Source of the DNA: Somniosus microcephalus
Lineage: Eukaryota
Length of the DNA stretch: 64,000 bases
Reading direction: 5' to 3'
NCBI GenBank assembly: GCA_052327205.1
Contig: JBMRGM010000036.1
Span: 26,102,001-26,166,000, forward strand
The stretch's first letter is position 1; every line of letters begins with the position of its first letter. Both the position numbers and the translations under genes were made by a program. Positions 38,501-53,500 of this stretch are shown piece by piece. The notes beneath the pieces are model-generated. The model was given only the letters and a program-made list of their open reading frames with translations, was not told the DNA's origin and searched no databases.

Positions 38501-41500
38501 TTCATCCCTTTATCAATTCAACGACCTTTCCAATCCAATATTCTTACCAATAATCCATCCAATGAAATAACCATCCACCCAACTTTGCCTACATGCATTT
38601 ATTTCCACTCATTCAACCACACTCTCAATCATCTTCCACATCATCCGTTCATCTGTTTAACAATTAACGTGCCTTTCTATCCAACAATCTCTCTGATCAA
38701 CCACCCAACCATCCATACTCCAGTCATTCATGCATCCCTGCATCCATTCAACTACATATCCATCTCAGGATCTCCCATCCACACAATCACCTCTCTATTC
38801 ATTCTACTCACCATCGACATCTCATCCATGCAGCACATCCTTTATTTTTTCAACCCTCTGTTAATTCTAACACCTCTCCTTCCAACATTGCCTCCAATAA
38901 TCATTCAAAATTCCATCCAAACATCAATCAATCCAAACAATAAAACTTCCATTCATCCAACAGCGCCTCGAATCATAAATGACTCCATCCGCTGAAACTT
39001 CCATTTATTCAACATTGCCTCCATTCATCATTCAGTCCATCCACTGGTTATCAATCATCCAATGCTCGCTACAATTATTTATCCTTCCATCGATTTATGG
39101 ATACATTCAAACTCTCATCCATTCAAAACCCATTCTATTCAATAATCAATCATGCATCAATCCATCCCCTGCACCAATCATCCATCCATTCAACACCACG
39201 CCATCCAGCACTGCTTCCAAACATCCATCTAGCCATTCGAACACCTGTCCCTCCAACGCTCCCTTGAATCATTCATGCATCCATTGGAAAACGCATTTAT
39301 CCACCCCCTCCAAATATCCCACAATCCATTCATAGATCCAGTTATCCATTCAACTCTCCCGCCATTTATTCACACCACCACTCTTTCAACCACCCATCCA
39401 ATGTCCCCTCTATTCATTTCTATCCATTCAACTACCTGTCCATCCCAATATTCGGATCAATAATCCATCCAATATGCAAACACATCCATTTAACTCCCTC
39501 AATTTTTTGACATTGCTACACTTTGAACTACCCATTAATCTAAATTTCCCTTCATTCATTAAGCCCTATATTAACTCAACTACCTGTCATTCCCACAATT
39601 GTGATCTATTGTCCATCTATTCAACGCTACCTCCATTCATTCATCTCTACACTCATTAAACCACCCACCAATCTCCCACTCCATTAGTTCATCCCTTGAT
39701 CAGTTCAACTATATTTACATCTAATAATCCATATGATAACCGATCCAACCATCCATCTCTCCCTTCATTCATTACTACATCCATTCAAGTGCATTACCCT
39801 CCCACATTCCCTCTAATCAATCTCCCATCCACAAAAACACCTCTGTCCAAATATCTCTATTCATTCAAATCTGAATCGACAACGCTTCGATCCAGGACTC
39901 CCTTTATACTTTCAACCCTCCATAAATTCAACCACCTCACCATCCAATATTTCCTTCCATTATTAATTAACTCATCGAATGAACTATCTGCTCATCCAGC
40001 ATTGCCTCAAATGATCAATCTATCCATCCAGCAATTTCCAATCATCCAATAACCACTACAAACATTCAATTACCCATCCTTCCGTGTGTTCTCTCATTCA
40101 TTGAAGCTCTCACACATCCAATGCCCCTGCTATCCAATAATCATTCCACTATTCATCTGTTCATCATAGCAACCTATCATGCACTCATTTAACGACTCCC
40201 CGTGCAGCATTCCTAACAAAAATCCACCCATCCACTTCACCAACTGGCAATCCAGCGCTCCCTTCAATCATTCATCCATTTATTGAACCGTCCATCTATC
40301 CACCACTCCTACTAATCATTAAAACACCCATCCATCCACTGAATCATGCTTCTATCCAACAATCTCGCCAAACATCCCACAATCCATCAAACAACTAATT
40401 CTCTATTAATCTCTCCCGTCATCCTTACACAACTGCATTGATTAAACAGCCAATCCCTTCAATTTTCCCTCGAGACATTCATCCCTTTTTCATTTAAACT
40501 GCCTGCTATCCCACAATCCCGCTGATCAACCAACCATCCGTCCAACTCTCCCTTTATTCATTCATGCCGCAATCCCTTAAACCAAATCTCCTCCCTAACT
40601 CCCCGGAATCACTCATCCTTTATCCATTAAACTGCCTACCACTCTCACAATCACTCTAATCAATCACACATCCACTCAACCTCCTCTCTATCCAAAACAT
40701 TCACTTTTGATTCTAATCTCAAACCACAGCAATCCAGTGCACCCTCTATTCTTGTGTATCTCTATATATTCTGCCGTCTCTCCATTCAACATTGCCTCCA
40801 ATCATCATTCAGTCCAGCCACTGGTTATCAATAATCCTGTACTCCCTTCAATTATTCATTCTTCCATCAAATTATGCATTCATTCAAACTCACATCCATT
40901 CAAAACCTGTTCTACTCAATAATCCATCATTCATCTATCCATCACCTCCACCAATCACACACCCATTCAGCACTACTTCCAGACACCCAAACACGTGGCA
41001 CTCCAGTGCTCCCTTCAATCATTCATCCATCCATTGGATAACACATCTATCCACCCCGCCATCCAAACATCCCACAATCCATTCATTGAACCAATTATCC
41101 ATTCAGCTCTCCCTCCATTCATTCACATCACCACATTTTAAAACACCCATTCAATGACACCTCTACTCATTCATCCCTTTATTAATTCAACCAGCGTTCC
41201 ATCCCGAAATTCTGCCTGATAACCCATTGAATCAAATAAACATCCATGCAGCTCTCCCTACATGCATTTATCTTCCAATCAATCAACCACCCTCTTGGTC
41301 CACTTCCACACCATTCATTCATCTGCTTTTCAATTAAACTGCCTTTCTATCCAGCAATCTCTCTTGTCAAAGACCCAACCATCCATCACTCACTTCACTC
41401 ATTCATCCCTACATCCATTAAGCTATATGTCCATCTCACAATCCCTCGAATCAATAACCCATCCATTCAAAAATCTCTACCCAAAACCTCTCTTCATTCT

Positions 41501-44500
41501 ACTCAATCCAATGATCATCCACCCTGCACACTCTCTATTGTTTCAGCCTTCCATAAATTCAACCACTCCTCAATTCAACAATCCTTCCAATCATCTATTA
41601 ATCCATACACAGAACCAGTCGTTCAACATTCCCTCCAATCAACTGAGTTACAATCATCCAACACTGCAGACAATTTTTCATTTAGTCATTCGTTCATTCA
41701 TTCAAATACTCATCCATTCAAACCCACACTTTTCAATAATCATTCCATTATTCATCTATTCATCAACTCAACCAATCATCCATTCCACAACTCCTCATTC
41801 AGCATTCCTTCCAAACATCTGTCCATCCAAGCACGCACCTTGCCATCCAACTCCCCCTTCAATCATTCTTGTAATGATTCAACCACCGTTCATTCATCAC
41901 ACTCTCCAACTATCCAAGCATCCACGCATTTGCTAAGCTACGCTCTCTATTCTTCATCCAACATTGCCTCCAATCATCATTTACTCCAAACACTGATTTC
42001 CAATCATCCAAATCTCCCTGGAATCATTCATTTCTTCATCCATTTATGCATTCATTCAAACTCCCATCCATTCAAAATCTCTTCTGTTGAAAAATCCATC
42101 ATTCATCTATCCATCACCTCCACCAGTCATCCATCAATTCAACAGCGCCCCTTCAAAGACTGCTTCAAATATTCATCAATCAGTCGGCCATTCCTTCAAT
42201 CACTCATCCATTCATTGACCAATCCATCCATCCGTCACTCCCTCCAAACATTCATTCATCCATCCAACCAGTCTTCTAAGCAAATCTCCATTCAAATATA
42301 CAATATCCCATCTATTCAACTCTCCCTCCACTCATTGACAATGACACACTTTGAACCAACCATTAATCTAAATTGGCCTTCATTCATTAATCCCTTTATT
42401 GATTAAGCTACCTCTCCATACCACAAATCTGAGTAATCGTCCATCCATTCAACTTCCAACCATCCAATTCTCCCTCCATTCAATCATCTCTGGTCATTCA
42501 ACCACCCATCCATCACCTATGCCATTATTTAATCCCTTTATCAGTACAACCACATTTCCATCCGACAATCCCTATGATAACAGGCCCAAACATTCATCAC
42601 GCCCTTCATTCATTCATTCCTACATCCATTCAACTGCATATCCATCTCACAATCTCGCTATTCAAACTCCCATCCACACAAATACCTCTCTATCCAAATT
42701 TCTGTATTCACTCTACTCTCAACCAACAACTCCTCCATCCAGCATGCCTTGATTCTTTCATGCCTCAATAAAATACAATCACCTCTCCATGCAGCATTCC
42801 CGACAATCATTAATTAACCCATTGACAGAACCATCCGTTCATCCAGTATTGCCTCCAAAGATCAGCCAATCTATCCAGTAATTTGCAGTCATTCAACACT
42901 CCCTAAAATCATTAATTTATCCCTTCTTCCATCTGTTCACTCATTCATTCAGGCACTCACCCATTCAACAGCCCCGTCATTCAATAATCATTCCATTGTT
43001 CATTTATTCATCACAGCAACCGATCAGCCGCTCATTGAAAACCCCCCCGTCCAGCAAACCTTTCAAGCATCCATCCATCCACTCCACCACCTGGCAATCC
43101 AGCGCTCCCATCAATCATCCATCCATCACTCCCCTAAATCATTCAACCACTCATCCACTCACTCAATCAAGCTTCTGTCCAAAACTCTCCCCAAACTGCC
43201 CACAAATCATCAAATCAACAATATCTCCATTAATCTCTCACTCCTTCGTTTCACATCACCATTGATTAAACTACCAATCCGTTCAACGTCCCCTCGATTC
43301 ATTCATCCCTTTATCAATTAAACTGCCTGCCTATCCCACAATCCCTCTGATCAACCACCCATCCATCCAACACGGTTTATTCATTCATCCATTAATCCAG
43401 TTATCCAAATCTCCACCGACCATTCCCTGGTTTCATCCATCCTTTCTCCATTCAACTGCCTATCCATCTCACAATCTCTCTAATCAATCACACATATGCT
43501 CACCCTCCTCTCTAACCAACACACTCAGGATTGATTGAAGCCACAGCTCATCAATCCCATGCACCCTCTATTCTTTTATCTCTTTATAAATTCTATCGCC
43601 TCGCCATCAAACATTTCCTCCAATCTTCATACAATCCACTCACTGATATGCAATCTTCAAATACACCCTACTGCAGTTATTGTTTCTTTCCATTTATGCA
43701 TTATTCAACCTCTCATCCATTCAACAACTCTTCTATTCAATAGTCCATCATTCATCTATCACTTCAACCAATCATTTGTCCATTACATCCCCACCCATTA
43801 CTCCCTCCAACCATCCATCAATCCAACTAGACGTCAATCACACCATCCCTGCAAACATAACACAATCCATCCATTCAAACAATTATCCATTCAGCTCTAC
43901 CTCCGTTCATTCAGCATCGCTATTCTGCAAACCACTCATCCATCGAAATTCTGCATTATTCATTCATCCCTTTATCAATTCAACTTCCTTTCCATCCCAA
44001 AATACTGACTAATAATCCATCAATCAACTAAGGATGCACCCAAATCTACCTACATGCATTTATCTTCCACTCATTCAACCACCCTCATTCAGATTCCACA
44101 CCATTCATTCATGTATTCAATTACCCTACCTTTCTACCCAACAATTTCTCTGATCAACCACCCAACCTTCCTCCACTCCATTCGTTCAGTCATCCCTACA
44201 CCCATTCGACTGCTTATCCATCTCAAAATCCCTTTAATCAATCTCCCATCCACAGAAACACCTCTCTATCCAAATCTCTCTATTCATTCGACTCTCAATC
44301 GACAACTGATCAATACAGCAACCCTCCATAAATTCTACCGTCTTTCCATCCAACATTGCCTCCAATAAACATTCAATCCATCCAAAATTCCCTCCAAACA
44401 TCAATCCAACCAATAAACATTCCATTCATCCAACATTGCCTCTAATCATATTTGAATCCATCCATTAAAACTTCCATGTATTCAACATTACCTCCAATCA

Positions 44501-47500
44501 TTATTCAATCCAACCACTGGTTATCAATAATCCAGGACGCCCTTCAATTATTCATTCTTCCATCGAAATATGCATTCATTGAAACTCTCATCCATTCCAA
44601 ACCTATTCTATTCAATAATCCATTATTCGTCTATCCATCACCTCCACAATCATCCATCCATTCAATAGCACTCCTTCCAAACATCCATCTCACCACTCAA
44701 ACACCTAGCACTCCAGCGCTCCCTTCGATCATTCATCCATCCATTGGACAACGCATCTATCCACCACACCATCCAAACATCCCACAATCCATCAATCGAA
44801 CCAATTATCCATTCAGCTGTCCATCCAGTCAGATCACCACTCTTTATACCACCCCTCCAATGTCCCCTCCATTCATTCCTTTATCATGTGAACTACCTTT
44901 CCATCCTGAAATTCTGCCCAATAATCCATTCAATCAAATAACCACCCATCCAACTCTCCATACATGCATTTATATCCAACTCATTCAACAACCCTCTGAT
45001 CCAACTTCCACACCATTCATGCATTCCTTTATCAATTAACCCGCCTTTCTACCCAACAATCTCTGATCAACCAGCTAAACAACCACTCACTTCATTAATT
45101 CATCCCTACATCCATCAAACTACATGTCCATCTGACATCCCTCTAATCTATAACCCATCCACAAACACTTCTCTATATAAAAATTCTATATTCATTCTAT
45201 CCTAAATCCAATGATCATCCACCCAGCAAATCCTCTATTCTTCAGCCCTCCATAAATTCAACCACATCTCAATCCAACAAACCTGCCAATCATCAATCAA
45301 TTTGTACACAACCATTCGTCCAATATTCCCTCCAATCATCAACCAATGAAACACTGATTTACAATAATACAACACGCTCTACAATCTCTCATTTACCCAA
45401 CCATCGAATCAGTCATTCATTCAAACAGTCATCATTTTAAACACCCATACCGTTATTCATCGTCTTTTTTTTCTTGCCATTATTCATCGAATCTACCAAT
45501 CATCCATTCAAAAACTCCCCAATCAGCATTCCTTCCAAACATCTGATCATCCAGACACACTCCTGGCCATCCAGCACTCCCTTCAATCATTCATCTTCCG
45601 ATTGAACCACCATCCATTCATTACACTCTCCAACCATCCATCCATTCACTCAACTATGGTCTCTATTGTTCAATTCCTCCTGAATTGTACCTCTCATCCA
45701 ACATTGCTTCTAATCATCAATCACTCCATTCACTGATAAACAATCATCCAATACTCCCTACAATCATTGAATTACCCATCCATTTATGCATTCATTCAAA
45801 CTCTCATCCATTCAAAGCCTCCTCTACTGGATAATCTCTCATTCATCTAACCATCACCTCCGCCAGTCATCCACCCAACAGCGTCAACTCCAGTACAGCT
45901 TCCAAATATTCATCAACCAGCTGGCCATCCCTTCAATCATTCACCCATCCATCCATCACTCCTTCCAGCCATCCATCCAAACATTCTTCTGTGCAAATCT
46001 CCTTTCAAATATACCATAATCCATCCATTCCACGCTCCCTCCATTCATTGATATTGCCATTCTTTGAACCACCCATTAATCTAAATACCCCTTCATTCAT
46101 TAATCCCTTCATTTTTTCAACTATCTTTCCATCCCACAAATCTGATCAATCATCGGTCCATTCAACTTCCCATCCATCCAACTCTCCCTCTATTCATTCA
46201 GCTCTCCACTCATTCAACCACACATCCATCTCCCATTCCATTATTTCATCTCTATCAGTTCAACTGCCATTCTATCCAAGAATCCCTGTGATAACCACCT
46301 CTATCATCCATCACTCCATGCATTCATTCCTAATTCCATTCAACTGCATATACTCTCAATTCCTCTAATTAAACTCCAGTCCACACAAATACCGCTATCG
46401 AAAATCTCTGTATTCATTCTACTCTGCATCGACAACTCATTCATCCAGCATGCCCTTGATACTTTCATGCCTCCATATATTCAACCACCTCTCCAGGCAG
46501 CATTCTCTCCAATCATTAATTAACCCATCCAAAGAACCATCTGTTCATCCAGCACTGCCTCCAACGATCAGCCAATCCATCCAGTAAGTTCCAATCATTC
46601 AACATTCCTTACAGTCATTAATTTATCCATTCTTCCATCTGTTCACTCATTCATTCAATCACTTATCCATCCAACAAACTGCTATCCAATAATCATTCCA
46701 TTATTCATCTATTCATCACAGCAACCTATCATCCAATCCATTCATTCAATAACTCCCCGCTCAGCAATCCTAACAAAAATCCACCCATTCCACTCCCCCA
46801 CCTGGCAATCCACCGCTCCTTTCAATCATTCATCCATCTATTGAACCTTCCATCTATCCACCACACCCACTAATCATTAAAACACCCATCCATCCACTGA
46901 ATCAAGCTTCTATCCAGCACTATCGCCAAACATCCCACAATCCATCAATCAACACATTCTCTCTTAATATCTGCCTCCACCGTTTCACAACTGCGTTGAT
47001 TAAACAACCAATCCCTTCAATTTCCCCTTGTCATTCATCCCTTCAACAATAAAACAGCCTGCCCATCCTGCAATCCCTCTGATCAAACAACCGCCCGTCC
47101 AACACTATGCATTCATGCCACAAATCCCATAAAACAAATCTCCACTCCTCACTGTCTGGAATCACTCATCCTTTATCCATTCAACTTCCTAGCCATCTCA
47201 CAATCCCTCTAATCAATCACACATCCACTCAACCTCCTCTATCCAAAACATTCACTATTGATCCTACTCTCAAACTACAGCTCAGCAATCCAGTGCACCC
47301 TCTATTCTTTTAACTCTATATATTCTACCGTGTCTCCATCCAACATCACCTCCAATAATCATTCAATCCATCCATAATTCAATCCAAACATCAATCAATC
47401 AATCCAAGCAACAAACCATCCATTCATCCAACAGCGCCTCCAATCATAAATGAGTCCATCCATTGAAACGTGCATTTATTCAACATTGCCTCCAATCATC

Positions 47501-50500
47501 ATCCACTGGTTATCAATAATCCAATAGACCATTCAATTATTGATTGATCGAATTTTGCATTCATTCTAAATCTCATCCAATCAACACCTATTCTATTCAA
47601 TAATCCATCATTCATCTATACATCCACTCCACCAATCATCCATCCATTCCACATCACGTGATCCAGCACTCCTTCCAGACACCCATATAGCCACTCAAAC
47701 ACTTGGCCTTCCAGCGCTCCCTTCAATCATTCATCCATCCATTGGACAACGCATCTATCCAACCCTCCATCCAAACATCCCACATTCCATTCGTCACACC
47801 AATTATCCATTCAGTTCTCCCTCCATTCAGTCACAACGCCACTCTTCATACCATCCCTCCAATGTCCCCTGCATTCATTCATCCCTTTATCATTTCAACT
47901 ACCTTCCCATCCCGATATCCTGCCCAATAATCCGTTCAATCAAATAACCAGCCATCCAGCTCTCCATACATGCATTTATCTCCAATTCATTCAACCACCC
48001 TCTGATCCATCTTCCACACAATACAATCAGGAGTTTATCAATTACCCTGCCTTTCTACTCAAAAATCTGGAGCAACCAGCCGAAAAACCATCACTCACTG
48101 CATTAATTCATCCTTACATCCATTAAACTACATGTCCATCTCACATCCCTCTAATCAATAACCCATCCACATAAGCACTTCTCTATATAAAATTTCTATA
48201 TTCGTTCTACTCTCAATCCAATGATCATCCACCCTGCACATACTATTGTTTCAGCCTTCCATAAATTCAAACACACCTCAATCCTTCCAATCATCAATCA
48301 ATCCATACACTAAATAATTCATTCAATATTCCCTCCAATCAACCAATCATACACTGATTTACTATAATGCAACACTCTCTACAATCTCTCGTTTATCCAT
48401 CCATCGATTTGGTCATTCATTCAAACAGTCATCCATTCAACACCCATTCCGTTTTTCATCGTCTTTTTTTTCTTGCCATTATTCATCAAATCTACCAATC
48501 ATCCATTCAACAACTCCCCAATCAGCATTCCTTCCAAACATCTGTCCATCCAGTCACGTACCTGGCCATCCAGTACTCCCTTCAATCATTCATCTCTCGA
48601 TTGAACCGCCATCCATTCATCACACTCTCCAACCATCCATCCACTCATCTATGGTATCTATTATTCAGTTACTCCTGAATTGAACCACCTCTCCATCCAA
48701 CATTGCTTCTAATCATCAAGCACTCCAGAGTCTGATTAACAATCATCCAATACTCCCTACCATCAATGAATTATCCATCCATTTATGCATTCATTCAAAC
48801 TCTCATCCATTCAAAGCCTCCTCTGTTGAATAATCTATCATTCATCTAAGCATCACCTGCACCAGTACTCCACCCAACAGCGCCCTTTCCAGCACTGCTT
48901 CCAAATGTTCATCAACCAGCTGGCCATCCCTTCAATCATTCATCCATCCATTCAAACACCCGTCCATCCATCACTCCTTCCAATCATCCAACTATCCATC
49001 CATCCATCCAACCAGTCGTCTCTGCAAATCTCCGTTCAAATATACCATAACCCATCCATTCAACCAATTATCCATTCCACTCTCCCTCCATTCATTGACA
49101 TTGCCATACTTTAAACCACCCATTAATGTAAATTCCCCTTCATTCATTAATCCATTCATTATATCAACTATCTTTCCATCCCACAAATCTAATCAATCGT
49201 CCATCCATTCAGCTTCACATCCATCTCTCCATCTATTCATTCAGCTCTCCACTCATTCATCTCCCATTCCATTATTTCATCCTTTTATCAGTTCAATTAC
49301 CTTTCCATCCAACAATCCCTGTGATAACCGCTCCCACCATCCAACAATCCCTTCATTCATTCTTAAATCCATTCAACTGCACATCCTCTCACAATTGCTT
49401 TAATTAAACACCCACCCACTCAAATACCTCTATCCAAAATCTCTATATTCATTCTACTCTGAATCGACAACTCATTCTTCCAGCCTGCCCTTGATTCTTT
49501 CATGCCACCATAAATTCAATCACCACTCCACTCAGCATCCTCTCCAATCATTAATTAACCCATTGACAGAAACATCCGTTCATCCAGCATTGCCTCCAGT
49601 GATCAGCCAATCCATCCAGTAATGTCCAATCATTCAACATTCACTACAATCATTTAGTTATCCATCCTTCCATCTGTTCACACATTCACTCAATCACTCA
49701 CCAATTCAACACACCGGCTATCCAATAATCATTCCATTATTCATCTAAACATCCTATCATCCAATCCACTCATTCAATAACTCCCCACTCAGCAATCCTT
49801 CCAAAAATCCATCCATTCCACTCCACTGCCTGGGAATGCAGCACTGCCTTCAATCATTCATCGATCTATTGAACCATCCATCTCTCCATCCAGCCATCCA
49901 TCCACTCAATCAAGCTTCTATCAAAGAGTCTCACTAAACATCCCAAAATGCAACAATTCAAAAAATTCTCCATTAAACTCTCCCTCCATAGTTTCAAATC
50001 AGCATTGCTGAAACCACCAATCCATTCAACTTCCCCTCAATTCATCCATCCCTTTATCAATTAAACAGCCTGCCTATCCCACAATCCCTCTGATCAACCA
50101 CCCATCCGTCCAACACTCCAGTCATTCATTCATTCCGTTCATCGATTTAGCCAAATCTCCACCCATCACCCACTGAATTCATTCATCCCCTTTATCCATC
50201 TCACATTCCCACTAATCAATCACTCATCCACTCGAACTCCTCTCTTCCCTACACTCACTATTGCTTCTAGTCTCAAACTATAGCTCATCAACCCAGCCTG
50301 CCCTCTATTCTTTCATCTCTCCATTAATTCTACCAGCTCTCCTTCCAACATTTCCTCCAATCTTTATACAATCCATCCACTGATATTCAATTGTCGAATA
50401 CTCCCTAAAGTAATTCATTTTTCTTTCCATTTATGCATTCACTCAGCCGCTCATCCTTTCAACACCTCTTCCATTCAATCTCCATCAGTCATCTATCCAG

Positions 50501-53500
50501 CAACTCAACCACTCATCCGTACATATCTTCACCCTCCATCACTCTCTCCAACCATCCAACCAGTCTTCTATCCAACCCTCCCTCCAAATTCAAGCAAATA
50601 TCCATTCAACTCCACCTCCATTTAGTCATCATTGTTATTCTTCAAACCACTCATCCATCGAAAGTCCCCTTTACACATTCATCCCTTTATCAATTCAACG
50701 ACCTTTCCATCCCAAAATTCTTACCAATAATCCGTCCAATGAAATAACCATCCACCCAACTTTGCCTACATGCAATTATCTTCCACTCATTCAACCACCC
50801 TCTCATTCAACTTCCACACCATCCATTCATCTGTTTATCAATTAACCTGCCTTTCTATCCAACAATCTCTCTGATCAACCACCCAACAATCCATACTCCT
50901 GTCATTCATACATCCATTCAACTACATATCCATCTCACGATCCCTCTAATCAATCTCCCATCCACACAAAAACCTCTATCCAAATCTCTCTTCATTCTAC
51001 TCTCCATCCACATCTCATCCATCCAGCACGTCCTTTATTTTTCAACCCTCCATAAACTCTAACGCCTCTCCTTCCAACATTGCCTCCAATAATCATTCAA
51101 ACTTCCATCTATACATCAATCAATCCAAACAATAAAACTTCCATTCATCCAACAGCGCCTCTAATCAAAACAAAATCCATCCATTGAAACTTCCATTTAT
51201 GCAACATTGCCTCCATTGATCATTCAGTCCACCCACTGGTTATCAATAATCCAAAGCTCGCTACAATTATTCATTCTTCCATCGATTTATGTATACGTTC
51301 AAACTCTCATCCATTGAAAACCTATTCTATTCAATAATCCATCATGCATCCATCCATCCATTCAACACCACGCCATCCAGCACTGCTTCCAAACATCCAT
51401 CTAGCCATTCAAACACCTGGCCCTCCAACGCTCCCTTGATTCATTCATGCATCTATTGGAAAACGCACTTATCCACCCCTCCCTCCATATATCCCACAAT
51501 CCATCCATAGAACCAATTATCCATTCAACTCTCCCTCCATTCATTCACACCACCACTCTAAACCACACACCCAATGTCCTCTCCATTCAACTACCTGTCC
51601 ATCCCAATATTCGGACCAATAATCCATCCAATACGCATACACATCCATTCAACCATCCCTCAATTCTTTGACATTGCCACACTTTGAACCACCCATTAAT
51701 CTAAATTCCCCTTCATTCATTAATCCCTGTATTAATTCAACTACCTGCCATTCCCACAATTTTGATCTATCGTCCATCCATTCAACTTCCCATCCATTCA
51801 ACTCGCCCTCCATTCATTCATCTCTACGCTCATTAAACCAGCAATCCATCTCCCACTCCATTAATTCATCCCATTATCAGTTCAACTATCTTTCCAGCCA
51901 ATAATCCCTATGATAACCAATCCAACCATACATCTCTCCCTTCATTCATCCCTACATCCATTCAACTGCATATCCCTCCGACATTCCCTCTAATCAAACT
52001 CCCATCCACACAAACATCTCTCTATCCAAATCTCTCTTCATTCAAATCTCAATCGTCAACCCATCGATCCAGGACTCCATTTATTTTTTCAACGCTCCAT
52101 AAATTCAACCTACTCACCATCCAATATTCCCTTCCATTATTAATTACCCCATCCACCGAAATATCCAGTCAACCAGCATTGACTTAAATGATCAGACTAT
52201 CCATCCAGTAATTTCCAATAATCCAACACTCTCTACAATCATTCAATTATCCATCCTTCCATCTGTTGTCTCATTCATTGAAGCACTCACCCATCCAATG
52301 CCCGTGCTATGAAATAATCATTCCATTATTCATCTATTCATCACAGCAACCTATCATCCACTCATTGAGCAACTCCCCGTCCAGGATTCCTAACAAAAAT
52401 CCACCCATCCACTCCACCACCTGTCAAGCCAGCGCTCACTTCAATCATTCATCCATCTATTGAACCATCCATCTATCCACCACTCCCACTAATCATTAAA
52501 ACACCCATCCATCCACTGAATCAAGCTTCTATCCAACACTCACCCAACATTCCACAATCTGTCAATCAACAGATTATTAATATCTCCCTCCATCGTTTCA
52601 CAATTGCGTTGATTAAACAACCAATCCGTTCAATTTCCCCGAGTCGTTCATCCATTTAACAGTTAAACTGCCTGCACATCTCACAATCCCTCTAATCAAT
52701 CACACATCCACTCAACCTCCTCTCTATCCAACACATTCACTATTGATTCTATTCTCAACTTCAACAATCCTTCCAATCATCTATCAATCCATACACAGAA
52801 CCAGTCGTTCAACATTCCCTCCAATCATCAACTGACTTACAATCATCCAACACTCCCGACAATGTTTCATTTACAGTCATTCATTCATTCAAATACTCAT
52901 CCATTCAACCCCCACTATTCAATAATCATTCCATTATTCATCGTCTTTTTTTTCTTGCCATTATTCATCTATTCATCAAATCAATCAATCATCCATTCAA
53001 CAACGCTCCATTCAGCATTCCTTCCAAACATCTGTCCATCCAAGCATGCACCTTCCCATCCAACACTCCCTTCAATAATTCATGTATCGATTGAACCACC
53101 ATCCATTTATCACTCTCTCCAACTATCCAAGCATCCATCCATTCGCTCAGCTGTGCGCTCTATTCTTTAATCCCTCCAGGATTGAATCACCTCTCCATCC
53201 AACATTGCCTCCAATCATCAATCACTCCATACACTGATTTCCATCCTTTTCTTCATCAATTTATGCATTCATTCAAACTCCCACCCTTTCAAAACCTCTT
53301 CTATTGAATAATCCATCATGCATCTATCCCTCACCTCCAACAGTCATGCATCAATTCAACAGCGCCACATCCAAAACTGCTTCCAAATATCCATCAATCA
53401 GCCGGCCATCCCTTCAATCATTCATCCAAACATTGACCAATCCATCCATCCATCACTCCCTCCAAACATTCATCCATCCATCCAACCAGTCTACTAAACA

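Noticed and set aside
27044-44445. Composite CR1+Gypsy length (~8.46 kb) equals a satellite duplication offset (~8.46 kb)
   Set aside because: The offset drifts along the duplicate and there is no mechanistic link; treated as coincidence
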